Source: Solirubrobacteraceae bacterium (lineage in GTDB: Bacteria > Actinomycetota > Thermoleophilia > Solirubrobacterales > Solirubrobacteraceae). Taken from it: 33,003 nucleotides of DNA. Below are positions 17,797-24,169 of the stretch, in pieces. Position 1 is the stretch's first letter. Each line of letters opens with the position of its first letter. The notes below the pieces were generated by a model. It worked only from the letters and a program-made list of their open reading frames with translations, searched no databases and was not told the origin of the DNA. The translations under genes were made by a program, and so were the position numbers. The stretch is from positions 1 through 33,003 of the forward strand of contig JBIHZY010000001.1 in NCBI GenBank assembly GCA_044240185.1. The letters run 5' to 3'.

Positions 17797-17857
17797 AAGT
17801 ACATGTAAGCAGCCCAAGCGGCCAAAAGCGCCGGTTCGGACTGCGCAGAACTTCAAA

Positions 17858-19348
17858 TTAGCTCGGCTTTACGGTCCTCACAGACGACGTGACGACTGCG
17901 TCGCTGCCGTAGTAGAAGCGGAAAGCCGTCTTCACCTTGACCACGACCTTGAAGCTGAAATATCCGAGCTCGTTAGTTGTGACCGTTCGGAGCGCCGAAT
18001 AGCGCGCGAGTCCTAGCGGACGAGACTGAACCTTAACTTCCGTCTGCGAGCCTGGTCGGACCTGGCCCCAGACCGTCGCTTGGCGAGAGTTGCGCGGAAG
18101 ATCAACCCAGAACGGATTCGGGAAGGAGCGCGCCGCCGGTTTTGCCGTCCCGTCGTCGAAGTAGAGCCCTGATTGCCAGGAGCCGGCGGCGACCGTGAAC
18201 TTGTCAAGCGGTTCGTCGCGCCAGAGATACTGCGAGAAGAGCTTGACGCGCGAGTTCTTCCACATCATGTACGCAGCCTCTTGCAGGTAGTCGTCTTGGC
18301 GAGCCGTCGATACCCCCGACCAAGCGTCGGGCGGATTTGTCTGGTAGCCAAACTCGTCGATTTGGACGTCTAGCGGCTTGCTGGCTGCCTCGCTCGCGAC
18401 GGCCGAACCGTTAAGCAGACCGCCGCGTGCCTGAATCTTGTCGACGGCCGTCGTTAAGCGGGGAATAGTCCCGATCGTGACGCTGTCGGCAACGCCATTG
18501 GACGAGCGCGGCGACAGCCACGAGCTGTGCGGGTGATGCGCGATGGCATCGAAGCTAAGGGGTGTGAAGTCACGACAATCAGTGCTCGTGCGATCGCGAG
18601 CGTAATTCTCTTTGACGCAGCCAAGGCGTCGCAGGAAGTAGAGAGGGCCGAGCGACGAGTGGCGCTGACCACGACTCGCTGTGCCTAGTGGAGCGAGCGA
18701 ACCGCCCCAGACCGGCGTTCGCGGCGAAAGCGCTTTGATCTCGTCGTATCCGGCACGAAACAACTCACGGTAGATCGCAGGACTAGCGGCTCGGCAGCTG
18801 GACTCCGTAGCTCCGCTGCAGCTCCACTGCGGCGTCAGCCACTGCCAAAGGTTCGGCTCATTAATCAATGTATAGCTGGCGACTCGTGTTCCATAACGGC
18901 TTGCGACGGCGTGCACAAAATCAGCGAATGCTTCGGCGTCGGGCCGATAGGTTGGCTCGCGCCGAGACGGCACCTCCGAGGCCCAGATCGGCGCTGGAGT
19001 AGTAACTGACAACTCAATCTTGATTCCGTTCGTTTTCAGCGCCGTCACAGCAGCGTCAACTTCAGTCCAGTCGTAGCCAGCGCTTTCGGGATCACGAGCG
19101 TCGAAATCGTCAGGGCGCTTAGCGCTGGTGGCATTGGGCGCTATACGCGACCAGACCACCGTCAGTCGGCTGAGATCGACGCCGCTATTGCGCCATTCGG
19201 CAGCAGTCGCTGACGCCTCGCCCGGTAAGCGCTGCATCAGTCGGTCGTCGTCGACGCCAACCTTCATCATCGCACCGGCATGTGCGCCCGCGGAGAGGCC
19301 AAGTAGCAACGCAGAGGTGCTGATTGCCAATAGGACTGCTCGCGTCAT
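17858..19348 (-). CDS. Secreted clan-GH-A-like putative glycoside hydrolase, paralogue 3
   Basis: ATG 19348 gives the signal peptide MTRAVLLAISTSALLLGLSAGAHA. The track start at 19435 is a TTG that would overlap the sodA 3' end. The motif set matches paralogue 2 (INEPNLWQ, IAHHPH, QIDEFGYQTNPPD, YLWRDEP, SFPNPFW). Confidence 0.6.
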   Translation of the reverse strand: MTRAVLLAISTSALLLGLSAGAHAGAMMKVGVDDDRLMQRLPGEASATAAEWRNSGVDLSRLTVVWSRIAPNATSAKRPDDFDARDPESAGYDWTEVDAAVTALKTNGIKIELSVTTPAPIWASEVPSRREPTYRPDAEAFADFVHAVASRYGTRVASYTLINEPNLWQWLTPQWSCSGATESSCRAASPAIYRELFRAGYDEIKALSPRTPVWGGSLAPLGTASRGQRHSSLGPLYFLRRLGCVKENYARDRTSTDCRDFTPLSFDAIAHHPHSSWLSPRSSNGVADSVTIGTIPRLTTAVDKIQARGGLLNGSAVASEAASKPLDVQIDEFGYQTNPPDAWSGVSTARQDDYLQEAAYMMWKNSRVKLFSQYLWRDEPLDKFTVAAGSWQSGLYFDDGTAKPAARSFPNPFWVDLPRNSRQATVWGQVRPGSQTEVKVQSRPLGLARYSALRTVTTNELGYFSFKVVVKVKTAFRFYYGSDAVVTSSVRTVKPS

Positions 19349-19394
19349 CCAGCTATAAGAGCAGCCCAGTCGCCGTTGGCGCGTAGGTTCGCGT

Positions 19395-19997
19395 TCAGGC
19401 GGCTGCGAAGCGTGCTGCGACGACCGACCAATCAACCGTGTTCCACCAGGCCTTGAGATAGTCTGGGCGACGGTTCTGGTAGTTCAAGTAGTAGGCGTGC
19501 TCCCAGACGTCATTGCCAAGCAGCGGCGTCTTTCCGTCTGTCAGCGGCGAGTCCTGATTGGCCGTGCTGACAACAGCCAGCTTGCCACCGTCGGACACAA
19601 GCCAAGCCCAGCCAGAACCAAACTGACCAACGCCGGCAGCCTCGAATGCGGCTTTGAAATCGTCGAACGATCCGAACGCGTCGTCAATCGCGGCAGCCAA
19701 GTCGCCGTCCGGCGCCCCGCCGCCATCGGCGCTCATTGACTCCCAGAAGAGCGAATGGTTGAGGTGACCGCCACCGTTGTTGCGGACCGGACCTTGGATC
19801 TCGGCCGGTAGGCCTGAGAGGCCTGCGATCAAATCCTCGATCGAGGAGTTCGCTGCGTCGGTCCCTTCGACGGCGGCGTTGAGCTTGTCGACGTAAGCCT
19901 GATGATGCTTGTCGTGGTGGATCTCCATTGTCGCCTGATCAATGTGCGGCTCAAGCGCGTCATATGCGTAGGGAAGTGCTGGAACTTCGAAAGCCAT
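19395..19997 (-). CDS. sodA: Fe/Mn-family superoxide dismutase
   Basis: [27 protein letters not shown], the [11 protein letters not shown] motif, and [17 protein letters not shown]. Strong SD (CAGGAGA) upstream. Metal specificity is not assignable. Confidence 0.95.
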   Translation of the reverse strand: MAFEVPALPYAYDALEPHIDQATMEIHHDKHHQAYVDKLNAAVEGTDAANSSIEDLIAGLSGLPAEIQGPVRNNGGGHLNHSLFWESMSADGGGAPDGDLAAAIDDAFGSFDDFKAAFEAAGVGQFGSGWAWLVSDGGKLAVVSTANQDSPLTDGKTPLLGNDVWEHAYYLNYQNRRPDYLKAWWNTVDWSVVAARFAAA

Positions 19998-20026
19998 TGT
20001 CGGTCTCCTGTGTAGTCGGATCTGCG

Positions 20027-20066
20027 GGCAAGCCTAACTTAGCGCGCCGAACGGGTTAGGCTTGCC
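20027..20066. promoter_or_regulatory. Perfect 12-bp inverted repeat (GGCAAGCCTAAC-N16-GTTAGGCTTGCC) in the 74-nt sodA/proS divergent intergenic region
   Basis: Read directly. Arms are at 20027-20038 and 20055-20066. The right arm ends 5 nt before the proS ATG. There is no flanking T-run on either strand. Confidence 0.6.
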
Positions 20067-20071
20067 GCGCG

Positions 20072-21763
20072 ATGAGAATGTCACAACTGCTACTGCCGAC
20101 TGAACGCGAGGCCCCGGCTGACGCACAGGCGCTTTCGCATGTCCTCGGCGTGCGCGCCGGGTTAGTTCGTCAGCTCGGTGCGGGGCTTTGGACCTGGCTG
20201 CCGGCCGGGCTCCGCGTACATCAAAAGGTCGAGGCGATTATTCGCGAGGAGATGAACGCGATCGGCGGCCAAGAGCTGCTGATGCCGCTGATCCAGCCGC
20301 GCGATCTCTGGAAGAAGACTGGGCGCGATCAGATCGACGAGCTCTTTTCGCTGAAAGACCGCAAGGGCGCCGACTTGGTGTTGGCAATGACCCACGAAGA
20401 GGCCGTGACCTTCCACGTATCGCAGCTTGTGCGTTCCTACCGCGACCTCCCTTTGGTCCTCTATCAGCTCCAATTGAAAGGCCGAGATGAACCGCGGCCA
20501 CGCGCCGGTGTACTCCGAACACGCGAGTTCATCATGAAGGACTCTTACTCCTTCGACCGCGACGAAGCGGGGCTCGAGGCGAGTTACGAAAAGCACATCG
20601 AGGCCTACGACCGAATCTTCGAGCGCAGCGGCCTCGAGTGGTATCGCGTTGAGTCTGATGTCGGAGTAATGGGCGGGAGTGGCGCGCACGAGTACATGGC
20701 CCCTTGCCCGGCTGGAGAGAACGAAGTGGCACTTGCGCCCGGATACGCGGCCAATGTCGAGGTCGCCAGCGCTCAGTCGAGTGCGGCGAAACTCGGAGAA
20801 CGGCTCGCTGAGCCTGCCGAAGTGTCGACGCCGGGGGCGAAAACAATCGAACAGGTTTCAGCTGCGCTTGAGCTGGACGCAACCGCTCTAATGAAAGCCT
20901 TCCCGGTAGTGACCGATGGCGAAAAGACCGTCCTCGCTGTCGTGCGTGGCGATCACCGAGTAAACGAATTTAAACTTCGCGCGGCGCTTGGCGAAGGCTT
21001 TCGCCCGGCGACAGATGAGGAGATCAGCGACCAGATTGGGCCACCTGGCTTCATCGGCCCAGTCGGGGTGAAGATCCCAGTGCTGCTCGATGATGCGGTC
21101 GCTGGCCAGGAGGGTGGATGGGTTGCAGGCGCCAACGCTCGCGACCTCCACCTCGTCGGCGTTGAACCTGGGCGCGACTTTGAGTTTGAAGCAGTCGACA
21201 TTCGCAGCGTCGAAGACGGCGACCTAGTTGGCGGCGCGCCGATCCGGCTCGAAGCAGCGATCGAGGTCGGCAATATCTTCAAGCTCGGCACTCGCTATTC
21301 GCAGCCACTAGGCGCCACCTTCCTCGATCAGGACGGAGCGGAGCAGGAGATCGTGATGGGCTCATACGGGATCGGGCCAGCCCGTATCGCCGCTGCCGCG
21401 ATCGAGCAGAACGCTGACGAAAAGGGCATCGCTTGGCCTAAGTCGATAGCACCCTGGGAGATTGAGCTGGTAGCACTTGGCAAGGCCGGCAGCCCTGAAC
21501 TGGAAGCTGCCGAGAAGCTCTACGAGGAGCTGCGCGCGCTCGGAGCCGACGTCCTCTTTGACGACCGGGACGCCGGGCCGGGGGAGAAGTTCACCGACGC
21601 CGAGCTGCTCGGCTGCCCACTTAGGGTCGCGCTTGGGAAACGCTCGCTCGAGAGCGGAACGCTCGAAGTGCAGGCGCGCCGCGGATTGGCCGAGCTTGAT
21701 CCCATTGCGCTCGACGAGCGTTCAGCAGCAGTGATTCTCGAGACGCTCGCGCAGCTGCCGTGA
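20072..21763 (+). CDS. proS: Proline--tRNA ligase (bacterial type with an inserted editing domain)
   Basis: MRMSQLLLPTEREAP N-terminus and class II motifs (FRDE.RPR.G..R.REF.MKD.YSF, GCYGIG-like SYGIGPAR). The length of 563 aa is consistent with an INS domain. Confidence 0.95.
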   Translation: MRMSQLLLPTEREAPADAQALSHVLGVRAGLVRQLGAGLWTWLPAGLRVHQKVEAIIREEMNAIGGQELLMPLIQPRDLWKKTGRDQIDELFSLKDRKGADLVLAMTHEEAVTFHVSQLVRSYRDLPLVLYQLQLKGRDEPRPRAGVLRTREFIMKDSYSFDRDEAGLEASYEKHIEAYDRIFERSGLEWYRVESDVGVMGGSGAHEYMAPCPAGENEVALAPGYAANVEVASAQSSAAKLGERLAEPAEVSTPGAKTIEQVSAALELDATALMKAFPVVTDGEKTVLAVVRGDHRVNEFKLRAALGEGFRPATDEEISDQIGPPGFIGPVGVKIPVLLDDAVAGQEGGWVAGANARDLHLVGVEPGRDFEFEAVDIRSVEDGDLVGGAPIRLEAAIEVGNIFKLGTRYSQPLGATFLDQDGAEQEIVMGSYGIGPARIAAAAIEQNADEKGIAWPKSIAPWEIELVALGKAGSPELEAAEKLYEELRALGADVLFDDRDAGPGEKFTDAELLGCPLRVALGKRSLESGTLEVQARRGLAELDPIALDERSAAVILETLAQLP

Positions 21764-22398
21764 GCGGAGCGCGCGAGAAGCGCCCGCGGCTAACATTTCG
21801 CCGCTTTGCCGGGCTCGACCGGTCAGGCCCGCCGCCACCGGAAACGCTCCCAGATGCGCCGCTTCGCCCATGGACAATTCCTAACGCGATCGGGCTTGTG
21901 CGACTGCTGCTGATCCCTCTTTTCATCGCCGTCAGCTGGCAGGCTGGCGGCGCGTCGCTTACGGCCGCAGCGATCTACGCAGTCGTCGCATGGGGCGACT
22001 ACGCCGACGGAATCGCGGCACGCGTTACCGGCCAGTACAGCCGCCTGGGGGCGATGCTCGACCCAGTGATTGATCGGCTTCTGGTGATTTCCGGCGTGAT
22101 CGTCTGCTGGCGCTTCGAGCTTGTCCCGGTGCCGTTGCTCGCGGTACTCGTCGCGCGTGAGCTGCTGATGCTGATAGGCGGTAGTTACGGGATTCGCCGT
22201 GGAGTCCGCCTCGAGATCAACTGGTGGGGCAGGTGGGGGGTATGGCCGGCGATGGGCGGCCTTTTCCTCGGCATCTGTGGCGCGCCACTAGCGGCGACGA
22301 TAATGCTCGCCGTCGGCGTCGTATTGCTGATCATTGCGACGGTCGAGTACTTCCGTTCGGCACGCCTTCAGCTCGCTGGGCGCACGGCCTCAACCTAA
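21760..22398 (+). CDS. pgsA: CDP-alcohol phosphatidyltransferase family protein (PgsA-like)
   Basis: Signature D-x2-DG-x2-AR-x8-G-x3-D-x3-D is present (GDYADGIAARVTGQYSRLGAMLDPVIDRL). Multi-TM protein. The GTG start overlaps the proS stop (GTGA). The exact head-group specificity is unknown. Confidence 0.75.
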   Translation: MSGAREKRPRLTFRRFAGLDRSGPPPPETLPDAPLRPWTIPNAIGLVRLLLIPLFIAVSWQAGGASLTAAAIYAVVAWGDYADGIAARVTGQYSRLGAMLDPVIDRLLVISGVIVCWRFELVPVPLLAVLVARELLMLIGGSYGIRRGVRLEINWWGRWGVWPAMGGLFLGICGAPLAATIMLAVGVVLLIIATVEYFRSARLQLAGRTAST

Positions 22399-22423
22399 GG
22401 TTGACCGTAGGGCTAGCGCTGGT

Positions 22424-22906
22424 ATGCTCGCGCCGATGCTGCATTGTTCCGAATGCGCCTTCGCCAACGCCGAAGGAGCCAAATACTGCCAGAAGTGTGG
22501 CGCCTTTCTCGGCGAGCCCGGAGAAGAAGACCGTGAGTCGACGGCCAGCTACAGAATCGATCAGGCCAGCGGCGAACTCGTCCCCGTTGACCTCGACGAC
22601 CTACTCGCCAACGAAGGTGCACTGCTCGTCGTACGTGGTGGAGGCGGCCGGGCAGGCGAAAGCTTCGCGCTCGATTCCGAACGGCTGACAATCGGCCGTG
22701 GTCCCGACAGCGACATCTTCCTCGACGACGTGACTGTCTCACGTGACCACGCTCTGCTTGTGCGCCGAAACGACCAATGGTTCCTCGACGACCTTGGCTC
22801 GCTCAACGGCACGTACGTCAACCGCCGCCGCATTGACACGCAGCAGCTCGCCGACGCCGACGAACTTCAGATCGGCAAGTACAAACTGACCTTCCTCTCG
22901 CGCTAA
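22424..22906 (+). CDS. garA: GarA/OdhI-like FHA-domain regulator with an additional N-terminal CxxC...CxxC zinc ribbon
   Basis: The FHA core closely matches my recollection of mycobacterial GarA (PDSDIFLDDVTVSRDHA, GSLNGTYVNR, QIGKYKLTFL). ESTASYRID resembles the GarA/OdhI phospho-threonine motif ETTSVFRAD. The N-terminus is HCSECAFANAEGAKYCQKCG. Start chosen at ATG 22424, not the ORF-track 22334. Confidence 0.8.
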   Translation: MLAPMLHCSECAFANAEGAKYCQKCGAFLGEPGEEDRESTASYRIDQASGELVPVDLDDLLANEGALLVVRGGGGRAGESFALDSERLTIGRGPDSDIFLDDVTVSRDHALLVRRNDQWFLDDLGSLNGTYVNRRRIDTQQLADADELQIGKYKLTFLSR

Positions 22907-22909
22907 CCG

Positions 22910-23677
22910 ATGCCCTCCGCTCGCGAAGCTCAACGAACGATTGCCAGTTCGCCGGCGCGCCCTGAACCTCGCCGTAGTAAGCCGATGACGATTGGTGCCG
23001 TCTGCAAGTCGCTCTCGCGTGAATTCCCTGAGATCTCTATCTCAAAGATCCGCTACCTCGAAAATCAACGACTAATCGACCCCCGCCGAACGCCGGGCGG
23101 CTACCGCCTTTACTCGACCGAGGACGTCGCGAGGCTGCGCACGATTCTGCGGCTTCAGCGCGACGAGTTTCTACCGCTTCGGGTGATTCGCCAGGAGCTC
23201 GCGATTGGTCGTACCGAGGGCGAGTCCGACGCCCTTGTCCCAGGCCAGAAGGCCCGCGCCAAGCCGCGCCGGCTACCCCCGGTAGTCACTACGACGGTCG
23301 GCCCGATCCGCACGCTCGATGAGCTACTTGAAGCAACGGGCGCAGAGTTAGAGCTCGTCCGTGAGCTCGAGTCGTACGGGATTATCGGCAGCAGTCGCGA
23401 GAGCGATAGCAACGGCTACGACGAAAACCAGTGCGAAATCGTCCGCGCCGCGGTCGAGTTGGCGCGCTACGGAGTCGGCGCACGCAACCTCCGCGTCTTT
23501 AAGACATCAGCCGACCGTGAGTCAGCGTTGCTGCAGCAGCTACTAGCGCCGTCGCTCCGGTCGCGCAGCGCCGAGCGCCGCCACGAAGCGACAGAGGCTC
23601 TTGAGGACCTCGCTGCGGTCACGACGCACCTGAAGCACCTCCTTCTGATCGGTGACCTCCGTGCGCTGCTCTCCTGA
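22910..23677 (+). CDS. MerR-family transcriptional regulator (Rv1828/FtsR-like)
   Basis: MTIGAVCKSLSREFPEISISKIRYLENQRLIDPRRTPGGYRLYS..DV.RL..IL.LQRDEFLPL is a MerR wHTH. Its position directly after the GarA-like gene mirrors garA-Rv1828 synteny. ATG 22985 (MTIGAV...) is an alternative start. Confidence 0.8.
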   Translation: MPSAREAQRTIASSPARPEPRRSKPMTIGAVCKSLSREFPEISISKIRYLENQRLIDPRRTPGGYRLYSTEDVARLRTILRLQRDEFLPLRVIRQELAIGRTEGESDALVPGQKARAKPRRLPPVVTTTVGPIRTLDELLEATGAELELVRELESYGIIGSSRESDSNGYDENQCEIVRAAVELARYGVGARNLRVFKTSADRESALLQQLLAPSLRSRSAERRHEATEALEDLAAVTTHLKHLLLIGDLRALLS

Positions 23678-23722
23678 GCTGCGCGCAAGGTTCCTCCCGA
23701 TCCGCCCGGGTAGCAGCCGCTG

Positions 23723-24169
23723 ATGGCCTCGGTTAAGGGTCGGATTGCTCTTGCTGCAACGCCCGAAAGTGTTTGGTCACAAGTAACCGACCCACGCCAA
23801 CTGTCGCGCTGGTGGCCAAAGGTTGTCCGCGTAGAGCTCGATGGGCCTGACGCGTTCACCGAGGTCTTGACGACCGATAAGGGCCGCGACGTGCGCGCCG
23901 ACTTCGTCATCGCCGAGGACGACGCGCCGCGCCGTTGGCGCTTTGTTCAAGAGCTAGAAGAGACTCCATTTGCGGCCGTCTTGCGTGAATCACAGACAAT
24001 TATTGAGCTGCAACCGCTGCCGAACATTGGCACGGAACTCTCGATCACGCTGGAACGCAAGGCGCGCGGACTAGGCCGCTTCGGTGGCCCGATGATGAAG
24101 CGGGCCGCCAAGCGGCAACTCGAAGAAGCTTTGGACCGACTAGGGGAGATTCATGGCACCGTTAACTGA
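23723..24169 (+). CDS. SRPBCC (START/polyketide-cyclase-like) ligand-binding protein
   Basis: 148 aa. The N-terminal pattern (I.L.ATPE.VW..VTDP..LS.WWP) is typical of the SRPBCC/AHSA1 family. The 3' end overlaps the next gene by 17 nt. Confidence 0.7.
   Translation: MASVKGRIALAATPESVWSQVTDPRQLSRWWPKVVRVELDGPDAFTEVLTTDKGRDVRADFVIAEDDAPRRWRFVQELEETPFAAVLRESQTIIELQPLPNIGTELSITLERKARGLGRFGGPMMKRAAKRQLEEALDRLGEIHGTVN

Noticed and set aside
19349-19435. Longer N-terminus for paralogue 3 from the ORF-track start at 19435 (likewise 17797-17856 for paralogue 2)
   Set aside because: Both extended starts are TTG codons. The extension of paralogue 3 would overlap the sodA 3' end by 41 nt. The internal ATGs give textbook signal peptides. 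The conserved TGGGCTGCT element is kept as a separate low-interest finding in case this rejection is wrong.
20027-20066. The sodA/proS inverted repeat considered as a T-box leader for proS or as an intrinsic terminator
   Set aside because: The whole intergenic region is 74 nt, far too short for a T-box (no specifier loop or T-box sequence). There is no U-tract on either strand, and no gene ends here (both neighbours start here).
22334-22423. 30-codon N-terminal extension of the FHA gene overlapping the pgsA-like 3' end
   Set aside because: The extension is a basic, low-complexity read-through of the pgsA 3' end. ATG 22424 places the zinc ribbon at the N-terminus and leaves a normal 25-nt spacer.
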